Shown here: piece after piece, positions 28,401-37,806 of the stretch
Numbering within the stretch: the first letter of the stretch is position 1
How the letters are laid out: every line of letters begins with the position of its first letter
Source: an uncultured Verrucomicrobiota bacterium
Lineage (GTDB): Bacteria > Verrucomicrobiota > Verrucomicrobiia > Limisphaerales > UBA9464
Reading direction: 5' to 3'
DNA length: 64,000 nucleotides
Assembly: GCA_903922605.1 (NCBI GenBank)
Contig: CAIXUG010000072.1
Span: forward strand, 73,432-137,431
The notes under the pieces: generated by a model
Told to the model about the DNA's origin: nothing
Database searches by the model: none
What the model saw: the letters and a program-made list of their open reading frames with translations, nothing else
Program-made: the position numbers and the translations under genes

Positions 28401-28506
28401 GCCGGCCATCGTGAAAGACTTGGCACTGCTTTCGCTGGACAGCGAGAAGGCCTATGCTTTGTTGTTTCACCCTAAAGTTTCCGACGCTGCCGCCGATTGA
28501 GGGGTT

Positions 28507-28824
28507 GTGGAGTCGTTGGAAACACCGAATCTGCCTGCCTTAACGGAAAAACCTCATATGGAAATCAAGCTAAATGCTCAGGTTGACCCGCTCCCGCCTC
28601 AGGCGACGAGCCAGGCGAAACCGCGCGCTGTTTCCGAGCCTGTTGACCACGTGACTCTCGATCAATCGCAAGCACTGGATCAACGGCTCCAGGATGAACC
28701 GCCCGTGCGGGCCGACAGGGTGGCCAGCGCCAAGGAATTGGTGGCTTCGAGCAATTATCCTCCCCACGAAACGATCCAGAAGATCGCCAATTTGCTGGCC
28801 AGGAACCTGGACCTGGTCGAATAA
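28507..28824 (+). CDS. flgM: Anti-sigma-28 factor FlgM
   Basis: C-terminal DRVASAKELVASSNYPPHETIQKIANLLARNL is FlgM-like. Start is GTG 28507 or ATG 28558. Confidence 0.7.
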   Translation: MESLETPNLPALTEKPHMEIKLNAQVDPLPPQATSQAKPRAVSEPVDHVTLDQSQALDQRLQDEPPVRADRVASAKELVASSNYPPHETIQKIANLLARNLDLVE

Positions 28825-28843
28825 GCTGCCACCGCCTGCCTGT

Positions 28844-29275
28844 ATGCGCGCTGTCAATCCCTGGGCCTCCTACCGACAAGTCGCCACCCAGACCGCGAGT
28901 TCCGGCCAGCTGGTGCTGATGCTGTTTGATGGCATCATCCGCTTTTTGGAGCGGGCCAACGGGGGATTCGGCCTGACGGACCCGGCGGCGGCCAATGAGC
29001 AGATCAGCAACAATCTGCTGAAGGCGCAGGCGATCATTCACGAGCTGAACATTTCGCTGAACGTCCAGGAGGGCGGCCAGTTCGCCGACACGCTCCGGCA
29101 GCTCTACCACTACTTTGACCGCCGGCTGCAGCACAGCAACATGACCAAGACTCCGGATGGCATCAGTGAGGTGATCGGCCGGGTAACCGTCTTGCGCGAT
29201 GCCTGGGCACAGATGCTGCAGGCCCAGACCGACGTGAGCGTTCCCGACCGGGGCTCCGAGCTGCTAGCCGCGTGA
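28844..29275 (+). CDS. fliS: Flagellar export chaperone FliS
   Basis: YRQVATQTASSGQLVLMLFDGIIRFL...LLKAQAIIHELNISLN...LYHYFDRRL. ATG at 28844. Confidence 0.85.
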   Translation: MRAVNPWASYRQVATQTASSGQLVLMLFDGIIRFLERANGGFGLTDPAAANEQISNNLLKAQAIIHELNISLNVQEGGQFADTLRQLYHYFDRRLQHSNMTKTPDGISEVIGRVTVLRDAWAQMLQAQTDVSVPDRGSELLAA

Positions 29276-29285
29276 TTGCCGCCGC

Positions 29286-29645
29286 ATGAGCGCACAGGAC
29301 CAGCAACTCCCCGGTTTGCTCGCCCAATGGCGTGAACTGACCGAGCGGGAGGCCGAGGCCATCCGCACGGGTCAGTGGGCCGAGTTGCACCGTCATCAGC
29401 GGGAAAAGCAGGCTTTGCAGCTGACGATCAGCCAGTCCAGCCCGACGGCCCGTTCGGCACCCCTTTTGCGTTCGGCCGTGTCGGAACTGATGACGCTCGA
29501 ACGGCGGAACGCGGAGCTGCTGGGCGAACGGCTCAGCCAGGCGCGGCGCCGGCGGGACGAGTCGGAACAGTCCTGCCGTAATCTGCGGCGGATGCGGCAG
29601 TCCTATGGGTCGGTGGCGCAGTCCAACTGGCATTCCTATTCCTGA
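29286..29645 (+). CDS. Hypothetical coiled-coil protein in the flagellar cluster (possibly FlgN/FliT-like)
   Basis: 119 aa. It starts 10 nt after the fliS stop and has helical Q/E/R-rich composition. The function is a guess from context. Confidence 0.5.
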   Translation: MSAQDQQLPGLLAQWRELTEREAEAIRTGQWAELHRHQREKQALQLTISQSSPTARSAPLLRSAVSELMTLERRNAELLGERLSQARRRRDESEQSCRNLRRMRQSYGSVAQSNWHSYS

Positions 29646-29925
29646 TCCGATCCGGATCCGGACGGTCATAGGCGTGGCCGGGTCGCTTCTTGCTCGCTTC
29701 CGGACCGGTCACGTGCCAAAATCGGTGCGCCGATTTCACGTCGGGTCCGCCTTGACCAAACTTGCCGCCAGAGCCCGATCGGGGTCTGTCTTTATGGGAA
29801 AAGGCGTGGCCTTGTCAGATTTTATACGGATGGATGCGCGGCAGATGGTTTCCCCAAATGGTCATTGCCCGGTGACGCCGCACCCACGGCGGACGCCCGG
29901 GTCGGGTGGCATCCCGCCTTTCCGG

Positions 29926-32559
29926 ATGCGCCACCGGGCCATTCGCTGCCTGGTTCCGCTCCTGGTCCTGACGCTTCTTTTAGCGGCAAGGGCCGAGAGC
30001 ATGCAGGTGCTGATCCTGGACTCCTACCATCCGGGCTACCTGTGGTCGGATGCGGAGCTGGACGGTGCGCAGAAGACGCTGAAGGCCGGACGGGCCGACC
30101 TGGAAATCTCCATCGAATATCTCGACCAGTCGCGCAATCCAGGGGCGGGCAACCTGAGCCGCCAGGCGGGATTTCTGAGGCAAAAGTATGCCGGCAAACG
30201 ATTCGGTGCCGTGCTGACCTTCGACCAGGCCGCCCTGGATCTGATGGTGGCCAACCACGGCTCCCTGTTCCCCCAGGTTCCCGTGGCCTTCTGCGGAGTC
30301 GAGCAGCTGCCCGACGTGGCCCCGCAGGACCGCTGGTTTACCGGGGTGATGGAAAAGGCCGACCCCGCCGGTTCGGTCGGTCTGGCCCGGCAGCTTCAGC
30401 CCAGGCTGAAGCGGCTGCTGATTTTCGATGCGCCGATGGAAAAGGCGCTGCAGCTGCGGGAACAGGTGCTCGGCCTGACCCCGGCACTGCCGGCGGAGAT
30501 CTCGGTGGAGGTGCTGACCAACGCCCCCCTTTCGGAAATGCTGCGCCTGGTCGAGGCCCTGGACAATACCACCGCCGTGCTGGCGGGGAGCTCGCTGAGC
30601 CTGCAGGAGGTCCAACAGCTGCTGCACAGCCGCAGCAAGGCCCCGTTCTACGGGCTGCAGTCCCCCAACCAGCTGGCCGGTGTGGTGGGGGGAAGCTTCT
30701 CCGACGGTTTTTTGCAGGGGCAGACGGCCGCCCGCCTGGTGCTGCGGTTGCTGAACGGCGAGTCGATCGCCCAGCTCCCGGTGATCGAGCAGCCCCCGTT
30801 GCGTCTGGCGGTGGACTATGTCGCGGCCCGGCGGCTCGGCCTGTCGCTGGCCGCGCTGCCGGCCGGCGTAGAACTGCTCAACCGTCCGGCCTCCTATTGG
30901 GAGCAGAACCGGCAGATCATTCTGACCTCGCTGGCGGTCATTTCCGTGCTCGGCCTGGCGGTCATCGCCCTGGCCTGGACCGTCCGCGAAAAGCGCCGCG
31001 CCGAAATCGCCCTCGGCGCAAGCGAGCAGCGCTACCGGCTGCTGGTGGAAAATTCCCAGGACGTGGTGTCGGAGCTGAATTCCACCGGACAGGTGCTTTT
31101 CATCACCGCCAGCGCCGAGGCCGTGTTCGGCCGTTCGCCGGAGGAACTGATCGCCACCCCGCTGTTTTCCCATGTCCATCCCGACGACGTGGCCGCCCTG
31201 CGCGAAACGCTCTGGCATACCGGCGGCTCGCTGACCTGCCGCTACCTGCACAAGGATGGCTCGTGGCGCTGGGTGGAAAGCGCGGGACGGCGCTTCCACA
31301 CCGATCGCGGGGAAGAGCGGGTGGTGGTGATTTCCCGGGACGTCACCGCGCGCAAGACCGCGGAGGAACAGCGGCAGCGGCTGGAGGAGCGGCTGCGGCA
31401 GTCACGCAAGATGGAGGCGCTGGGCACCCTGGCCGGCGGCATCGCGCATGACTTCAACAACATGCTCACCGCGATCATCGGCAACATCGAGCTGCTCAAG
31501 ATGGAGCGGCAGGTGCCGCCCGAGATGCGCGAGAGCATCCTTCAGATCGACCAGGCCGGCCAGCGCGCCAAGGGGCTGGTGCGGCAGATCCTGACTTTCA
31601 GCCGGCCCAATTCGACGCATCGCGAGCCGGTGGACCTCCCGCAGATCGTGGATGAGGTGCTGGCCGTGGTCCGCACCAATGCCTCGGCGGATATCCGCAT
31701 CAGCACGCAGATGGTGCCGCAGCTGCCGCCGGTCTGGGGGGATCCGACGCAGCTTCACCAGGTCGTGCTGAACCTCTGCACCAATGCCGTGCAGGCGCTG
31801 GAGGCGAATGGCGGGCTGCTGACCGTGGCGGTGGACCCGGTGGAACTCGACGAGGCCTTCTGCCGTATCCACCAGCTCGCGCAGGCCGGCACGCATGTGA
31901 CGCTGTCGGTGCGGGACACCGGCCCCGGCATGTCGCGGGAGACGCTGCAACGCATTTTCGAGCCGTTCTTCACGACGAAGGGGCTTGGGCTGGGTACGGG
32001 GCTCGGCCTGGCCGTGGTCCATGGCATCGTCCAGAACCACAAGGGAGCCATCTCCGTCGAAAGCCGGCCGGGCAACGGCACGGCCTTCCATGTGTATCTG
32101 CCCATCGCCCCCGCCGCCCCGCTGGAGCGCGCGGCCACGTCGCAGCCGACGGTGGGAGCCACGGTCACGGCGGTTGAGCAGGGCGAGGCGATATTGCTCG
32201 TGGACGATGATCCGGTGGTCACGTCGGTCATCCGCCGGATGCTGGAGGCAGTGGGCCATCCGACGACCGTCTTCAATTCGCCACAACTGGCGCTCCAAAC
32301 CTACATGGAGCGTCCGCACAGCTTCCCGCTGGTCATCACCGACCTGGCCATGCCCGAAATGTCCGGCGTCGCCCTGGCGCGGGAAATCCTCCGGCTCCGT
32401 CCGGAGCAGGCCATCCTGCTGGTGACCGGATTCAGCGGTGACATCAATGAGGCGCAGGCACGCAAGCTCGGGTTCCGCGGGCTGCTGAACAAGCCCTTCG
32501 GGCCGGACCTGCTTCAGGCGGAGATCGCCCGTTGTCTGGGACGCGGAGCGGCCTCCTGA
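29926..32559 (+). CDS. Hybrid sensor histidine kinase / response regulator with periplasmic substrate-binding-like domain and PAS
   Basis: Signal/anchor MRHRAIRCLVPLLVLTLLLAARA. HisKA HDFNNMLTAIIGN. HATPase DTGPGM...GLGLGTGLGLAVV. Receiver ILLVDDDP...DLAMPEMSG. The ORF track start 29605 is probably an over-extension. Confidence 0.85.
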   Translation: MRHRAIRCLVPLLVLTLLLAARAESMQVLILDSYHPGYLWSDAELDGAQKTLKAGRADLEISIEYLDQSRNPGAGNLSRQAGFLRQKYAGKRFGAVLTFDQAALDLMVANHGSLFPQVPVAFCGVEQLPDVAPQDRWFTGVMEKADPAGSVGLARQLQPRLKRLLIFDAPMEKALQLREQVLGLTPALPAEISVEVLTNAPLSEMLRLVEALDNTTAVLAGSSLSLQEVQQLLHSRSKAPFYGLQSPNQLAGVVGGSFSDGFLQGQTAARLVLRLLNGESIAQLPVIEQPPLRLAVDYVAARRLGLSLAALPAGVELLNRPASYWEQNRQIILTSLAVISVLGLAVIALAWTVREKRRAEIALGASEQRYRLLVENSQDVVSELNSTGQVLFITASAEAVFGRSPEELIATPLFSHVHPDDVAALRETLWHTGGSLTCRYLHKDGSWRWVESAGRRFHTDRGEERVVVISRDVTARKTAEEQRQRLEERLRQSRKMEALGTLAGGIAHDFNNMLTAIIGNIELLKMERQVPPEMRESILQIDQAGQRAKGLVRQILTFSRPNSTHREPVDLPQIVDEVLAVVRTNASADIRISTQMVPQLPPVWGDPTQLHQVVLNLCTNAVQALEANGGLLTVAVDPVELDEAFCRIHQLAQAGTHVTLSVRDTGPGMSRETLQRIFEPFFTTKGLGLGTGLGLAVVHGIVQNHKGAISVESRPGNGTAFHVYLPIAPAAPLERAATSQPTVGATVTAVEQGEAILLVDDDPVVTSVIRRMLEAVGHPTTVFNSPQLALQTYMERPHSFPLVITDLAMPEMSGVALAREILRLRPEQAILLVTGFSGDINEAQARKLGFRGLLNKPFGPDLLQAEIARCLGRGAAS

Positions 32560-32605
32560 GCGGTCCCGGAAATGCCGGCAGGACCACCCAAGCCTTTGGC
32601 AGTTT

Positions 32606-32682
32606 CTTAATCCTAATCTTAATCGTAATCATAATCACTTTTTCTCCTGCGATTACGATTACGATTAAGATTAGGATTAAGA
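32606..32682. repeat. Hexamer-periodic palindromic element, copy C (best preserved)
   Basis: (NTAATC)x5 left arm at 32606-32637, 13-nt loop, (GATTAN)x5 right arm at 32651-32682. The arms pair 31/32. Confidence 0.8.
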
Positions 32683-32902
32683 GGGAGATGGGGATGGGGG
32701 CCCACCTGACATTTCCCCTAAAGCGGAGCCGCTTTTGGCCGATGCTTAGGAAGAATGACGGTCCCGGGCGGAAATACGGGCCGCCCATCGCTTTTTTTCG
32801 GCGTTCCGATCGGAGGAACGCGGCTTGTATGGCGATGGATGCGGTGGTCTGTTTTACCCATGATAGGAGACCTTCAGGTGAAGCATTTGCCATGACACCC
32901 CT

Positions 32903-35900
32903 GTGCCGGATCAGCAAACAATCCATGCGATGCCGTCTTCGTCCATGAGCCTGGTGTCCGCCGGGGCATTGCCAACCATCGCGTTGCCGATGGAAGGCTT
33001 CGCCGCCGCTTTCCCCTTTTTCTTCTGCGTCTCCGGCGAGGGCCGGATTGTTCAGGCTGGTCGGACCCTGTTACGAATCCGCCCGGCGGTCGCGGAGCAG
33101 CCGGAAGTGGAAACGCTGTTTGCCTGCGTTCAGCCCGAAGGGCAGATGAGCACCGGGTGGCTGCGGGAAAACGAGGGACGGCTCCTGATGGTCGAGCTGC
33201 TGGGCACCGGCCTGCGCTTTCGGGGCCAGTCACTCACCGTGGCCGACGGCAGCCAGATGATCTTCCTCGGCTCGCCGTGGTGCTCCGACAGCACGCAATT
33301 CCGGACGCATGGGCTGACGATGGAGGATTTCGCGCTGCATGATCCGGGGGCGGACCTGGTCCATGCCCTCCAGGCGCAGCGCAGCGCACTGCTCGACGCC
33401 CATCAGCGGCTGCAGCAGCAGGACGTCGAGACCCGGCTGCTGGCCCTCGTCGCCGCCCGCACCGACAACGCCGTGGTGCTGACGGATGCCCAGGGCGGCA
33501 TCGAATGGGTGAACGAGGGTTTCACGCGGCTCACCGGCCACACGCTCGACGAGGTGCGCGGCCGCAAGCCCGGGGCCGTCCTGCAATGTCCCGATACCGA
33601 TTCCCGGACCATCGAGCACATGCGGCAGATGATCGCGCAGCAACGGGGTTTTTCGGTCGAGATCCTGAACTGCCGCAAGGATGGCCAGAAATACTGGGCG
33701 GCCGTGGAGATCCAGCCGATTGCCGACGACAGCGGCACCGTCACCCATTTTGTCGCCATCGAGAGCGACGTGACCCATCGCCGGGACGCGGAAAGCCGCC
33801 TGGCGGTGCAGTACGCCTGCTCCCGGGCGCTGGCGGATTGCGACTCCTTCGAGCTGGCGATGATGGCCATTTTCCAGGCGTTCAGCCGCCGGCTGGACTG
33901 GAGCGTGGGCGTCTATTGGCAGGTGGACCCGATCACCCGGCAGCTGCGCTGCCAGTTTGTCCGCAATGTGGCCGAGGGCCCCGCCCAAAGGCTGATCGCC
34001 GAACTGCAAAGCGCGCTGCTTGAATCGGAAAGCTGCCTGCCAGGGCAGGTCTGGGCCAATCGCCAGCCGGCCTGGCTGGCGGAACTGGGCAGTGACGCCT
34101 GCTTTCCCGCCCTGGAGGCCGCGAAGGCCGCCGGGCTGGCCAGTTCCGTCGCGTTTCCGGTGCTGGCGGGCGGGGAGACGGTCGGCGTGGTGCAGCTTTT
34201 CTGCGAGGAGCACCGTCAGCCCAGCTCGGAGCTGCTGAAAGTCTTCGGCTCGGTGGGCCATCAGATCGGCCTTTTCATCGTCCGCAAACGCGCCGAATCG
34301 GAACTGCAGCGGCAGCGTGATTTCGGTCAGCAGGTGATGAGCCTGATGGGGCAGGGGCTGACGATCACCAACGAGCAGGGCGTCTATGATTTCGTGAATC
34401 CCGCCTTTGCCCGGCTGCTGGGGTATGAGCCGGTCGAGCTGATCGGACGCCAGCCCGAGGAGCTGGTGGCGCTGGAAGACCGGCACATTTTCGCGGACCT
34501 GCGCGAACGCTGCCTGCGGGGCGAGACCATCACCTGCGGCCTGCGGATGGTGCGGCAGAACAGCTCCCCGGTCTATTCCCAGCTCACCGGTGTGCCGCGC
34601 TGGCGTGATGGGCGCGTCGTGGGCACGGTCACGACCGTCACCGATCTGACCGACCACAAGCGCGGCGAGGAGCAGCTGCAGCTGGCCAAGGAGTCGGCGG
34701 AATCGGCCAACCGCGCCAAGAGCGACTTCCTCGCGACGATGAGCCATGAGATCCGCACGCCCATGAACGGGATCATCGGCATGTCGAACCTCGTGCTGGG
34801 AACCCAGCTGGATGCCCGGCAGCGCGAAATGCTGGAAGCGGTGCGGGCCAGCGGCGAGGCGCTGATGTCGATCATCGAGGACATTCTCGACTTCTCGAAG
34901 ATCGAGGCAAACAAGCTCCAGCTCGTCCATGAGGCCTTCGAGCTCGATCCCGTGCTTGATGGCGTGGTGGACCTCCTGGCCCACAAGGCGCAGCAAAAGG
35001 GGCTGGAATTCGCGATTGTGATGGAACCGGCCGTGCCGACGACCCTGCATGGTGATGCGGGCCGCCTCCGGCAGATCCTGCTCAACCTGGTGGGCAACGC
35101 GATCAAGTTCACGGAGCACGGCGACATCACGATGGAGGTCGCGACCGATGTGGATGAGGACGGGATACGGCGGCTGCGCTTTCTGGTGCGCGACACCGGC
35201 ATTGGCATCTCCCCCGAACAGCAGCAGCGCCTGTTCAACCCCTTCACCCAGGTGGATTCCTCCACCTCACGGCGTTTCGGCGGCACCGGCCTGGGCCTGG
35301 TCATTTGCAAGCGGCTCGTGGAAATCATGGGCGGCCTGATCGGCATGGAGAGCATCCCGGGAAAGGGGTCGCTGTTCTGGTTCACGCTGCCGGTGGGCGG
35401 CGGTGTGCCCAACCGCCTGTCAATTCCCCACAATCGCGCCCGCGTGCTGATCGCCGAAACCAACGCCCAGAGCCGGCGGGCCGCGCTGTCGCATTTTACC
35501 GCCTTGGGTGCCACGGCCGAGGCGGTGGGTACCGAAGCCGAAGTCATCGAGCGGCTTCGGCTGGCCCGCCCGGCGTTTGATCTGGTGCTGGCGGATCGTG
35601 CCCTGCTAGGTTCCACGGCACTCACCGATGTCTGCCGACGATTGCGTCGTCCCCCGCGTCTGTTGGTCACCTGCCTGCTCACGGACACCATTCGCGAGGG
35701 CACGGAGATCCAGGGCGTGGACGCCTTTCTCGCCCGGCCACTGAAGCGTTCTCAAGTGCAGACCATTCTGGCCAACCACTTCGTGGGCCCCGCCCCGGCG
35801 GGGTCAGCGGCCGCCGGCTCGGGACGCGCGGAGAAGGGGACCCAGACCGCCGGGCTCAACGTGCTGGTGGTGGAAGACAATGAGATCAACCGCCGTCTTG

Positions 35901-36628
35901 CTGTTCTCATCCTGGAAAAGCTCGGCCACCGGACGGCCCTGGCCGAGAACGGGCAGGAGGCGTTTGACGCGGTCCAACAGCGCGATTTCGACGTGGTCCT
36001 GATGGACTGCCACATGCCGGTGGTGGACGGCTATACCGCCACCCGGATGATCCGCGATTTTTATGCGTTAAACTCCACGCGCCGGAGTCCGATAATCATA
36101 GCCATGACCGCGAACGCCATGGCCGGGGAACGTGAACATTGCCTGTCCGTGGGCATGGATGAGTTTCTGGTCAAGCCGGTGAACATCGACCACCTGCGCG
36201 AGACGCTGGATCAGGCGCGGCTGGCCAATCCGGCGCCATCCGAGGCGCCCGTGGCAGCCGACAGTGCCCGTGCCTCCTCCATGCGAACCACACTGGCCCC
36301 GCTCATCGAGCAGCTCGGAGCCGAATCCATTGTCGAACTGTTGGCGGCCTTTCTGAACGACAGCCCGAGCCGCATCGACGAACTGAAACGGCTCGTCGGC
36401 GGTGCCGACCAAAAAACCCTGCGTCGCGTCGCCCACACGCTGAAGGGCAGCTCCAGCATCTTTGGCCTGACGGCGCTCACCCAGGGCTGCCTGCAGCTGG
36501 AAAACCTCGCCGCCGGCCAAAAGACGGATGGCCAGGCCGAGTTGGCAGCCGCCATCGAGCGCGAATTTGCGCAGGCCCGGCCGGACATCGACCGGATCCT
36601 CACGCAACTGGCCACGGGTTCGCTCTGA
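32903..36628 (+). CDS. Hybrid sensor histidine kinase: HNOBA-like N-terminus, PAS, GAF, PAS, HisKA, HATPase, two receivers, Hpt
   Basis: FPFFFCVSGEGRIV...FLGSPW (HNOBA-like). SDFLATMSHEIRTPMNGIIG. DTGIGI...GGTGLGL. VLVVEDNEINR...LMDCHMPVVDG. HTLKGSSSIFG (Hpt). Confidence 0.85.
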   Translation: MPDQQTIHAMPSSSMSLVSAGALPTIALPMEGFAAAFPFFFCVSGEGRIVQAGRTLLRIRPAVAEQPEVETLFACVQPEGQMSTGWLRENEGRLLMVELLGTGLRFRGQSLTVADGSQMIFLGSPWCSDSTQFRTHGLTMEDFALHDPGADLVHALQAQRSALLDAHQRLQQQDVETRLLALVAARTDNAVVLTDAQGGIEWVNEGFTRLTGHTLDEVRGRKPGAVLQCPDTDSRTIEHMRQMIAQQRGFSVEILNCRKDGQKYWAAVEIQPIADDSGTVTHFVAIESDVTHRRDAESRLAVQYACSRALADCDSFELAMMAIFQAFSRRLDWSVGVYWQVDPITRQLRCQFVRNVAEGPAQRLIAELQSALLESESCLPGQVWANRQPAWLAELGSDACFPALEAAKAAGLASSVAFPVLAGGETVGVVQLFCEEHRQPSSELLKVFGSVGHQIGLFIVRKRAESELQRQRDFGQQVMSLMGQGLTITNEQGVYDFVNPAFARLLGYEPVELIGRQPEELVALEDRHIFADLRERCLRGETITCGLRMVRQNSSPVYSQLTGVPRWRDGRVVGTVTTVTDLTDHKRGEEQLQLAKESAESANRAKSDFLATMSHEIRTPMNGIIGMSNLVLGTQLDARQREMLEAVRASGEALMSIIEDILDFSKIEANKLQLVHEAFELDPVLDGVVDLLAHKAQQKGLEFAIVMEPAVPTTLHGDAGRLRQILLNLVGNAIKFTEHGDITMEVATDVDEDGIRRLRFLVRDTGIGISPEQQQRLFNPFTQVDSSTSRRFGGTGLGLVICKRLVEIMGGLIGMESIPGKGSLFWFTLPVGGGVPNRLSIPHNRARVLIAETNAQSRRAALSHFTALGATAEAVGTEAEVIERLRLARPAFDLVLADRALLGSTALTDVCRRLRRPPRLLVTCLLTDTIREGTEIQGVDAFLARPLKRSQVQTILANHFVGPAPAGSAAAGSGRAEKGTQTAGLNVLVVEDNEINRRLAVLILEKLGHRTALAENGQEAFDAVQQRDFDVVLMDCHMPVVDGYTATRMIRDFYALNSTRRSPIIIAMTANAMAGEREHCLSVGMDEFLVKPVNIDHLRETLDQARLANPAPSEAPVAADSARASSMRTTLAPLIEQLGAESIVELLAAFLNDSPSRIDELKRLVGGADQKTLRRVAHTLKGSSSIFGLTALTQGCLQLENLAAGQKTDGQAELAAAIEREFAQARPDIDRILTQLATGSL

Positions 36629-36815
36629 GCCGAGGAACGGCGGACCCTGGGCGCCGGAAAACCAACGCTGAACGTCCAACGTCCGACGGCAAATGTCCAA
36701 GGGCGCGCTGCTTCCAGCGGCCCATCGCTCATTCGCTGTTTACAGCAGGCGAGCTAACCTGGTCCGCGAGCGGGGCCGAGCTGCCGCTCACTGCCCCCTG
36801 AGCCCTGACTTGCTG

Positions 36816-36840
36816 GCTTACTCGCTTACTCGCTTACTGG
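36816..36840 (+). repeat. Short 8-bp tandem repeat (GCTTACTC x3)
   Basis: GGCTTACTCGCTTACTCGCTTACTGG, located upstream of the prepilin-like gene. Confidence 0.5.
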
Positions 36841-36915
36841 CCCTTGATCGGTGCTTTTCGTGACCTATTCTTTGCTCGACGTCAGCCCCAGTTCGGAGTC
36901 ATCTAGAGCCGTCCC

Positions 36916-37674
36916 ATGAAACTTCGCCGCAACCAACGAGCCTTCACTTTGGTGGAGCTGCTGGTGGTTGTGGCCATTATCGGCGTCTTGGCGGGCATGA
37001 TGCTGCCGGCGCTGACCAAGGCGAAGTTCTACTCCAAGGTCGCCAACTGCGCCTCGAACTACCGCCAGTGGGGCGTCGCGGTCAGCGTCTACGCCAGTGA
37101 CGATTCACACGGACGGTTGCCGTCCTACAAGATGCCCCGTACCGGGCTCAATCCATGGGATGTCTCGATCGACATGGCACCCGGCCTGGAACCTTACGGG
37201 CTGACGGTGCCCATGTGGCATTGCCCCACGCGGCCGTGGGAGTTTGCCGAGGCCAACAACTGGTTCCTGAAGACCAAGAAGCGCGAGCTCTCCTCGGTGA
37301 CGGACCTCAGCGAGTATTTCAGCCGGCAGTACATTGATTTTGCGATCATCCGCCATTGCTGGTGGGTGCCCCGTCCGCTGGCCGACACGGGTGAGCTTTT
37401 CCCCACGCCGCTGAATGATGGTACGGCGGTTCGCGATCCCGATGGCTGGCCAACCAAGGCCGATTCCGGCGTGGCGGCGCGTCAGCCCATCATCAGCGAC
37501 CTGTGCCTGGCCCCGGGCAGCAAGGAGACCGATCCGACGAAGGCCATGGCCGGCCATTCCGACGGCAAGAATCTCATCAATGTGAATCTGGCCTTTGCCG
37601 ATGGCCACGTGGAGACGCACACGCGGGAGAACATCCGCTGGCAGCAATCCGGCAACTGGACCGCGTTCTACTGA
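36916..37674 (+). CDS. Prepilin-type N-terminal cleavage/methylation-domain protein (PVC-type, H-X9-DG-like C-terminus)
   Basis: MKLRRNQRAFTLVELLVVVAIIGVLAGMMLPAL and C-terminal NLAFADGHVETH. Confidence 0.85.
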   Translation: MKLRRNQRAFTLVELLVVVAIIGVLAGMMLPALTKAKFYSKVANCASNYRQWGVAVSVYASDDSHGRLPSYKMPRTGLNPWDVSIDMAPGLEPYGLTVPMWHCPTRPWEFAEANNWFLKTKKRELSSVTDLSEYFSRQYIDFAIIRHCWWVPRPLADTGELFPTPLNDGTAVRDPDGWPTKADSGVAARQPIISDLCLAPGSKETDPTKAMAGHSDGKNLINVNLAFADGHVETHTRENIRWQQSGNWTAFY

Positions 37675-37703
37675 GACGCTGAGTCCTGGCGGTGCTCGCA
37701 GTT

Positions 37704-37776
37704 TCGTGCTCGTGCTCTTACTCCTGCTCGTTAACCGACGAAGAGAATAGATTACGAGCAAGAGCAGGATGAGAAG
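37704..37776. repeat. Hexamer-periodic palindromic element, copy D (degenerate)
   Basis: TCGTGC TCGTGC TCTTAC TCCTGC ... GATTAC GAGCAA GAGCAG GATGAG. The arms pair only about 18/27. It lies between convergent genes. Confidence 0.4.
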
Positions 37777-37806
37777 GCTCCTGCTCCCACTTCGCGCCGA
37801 ACCGTC

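Noticed and set aside
29605-29925. N-terminal 107-codon extension of the first hybrid kinase ORF, overlapping the preceding gene.
   Set aside because: The extension has no signal/anchor features and overlaps 29286-29645. The ATG at 29926 gives a typical signal/anchor (MRHRAIRCLVPLLVLTLLLA).
32606-32682. Considered whether the periodic repeats here (and at 14073, 26192 and 37704) are CRISPR arrays.
   Set aside because: The period is only 6 nt, there are no unique spacers, the two halves are inverted rather than direct, and no cas genes are present.
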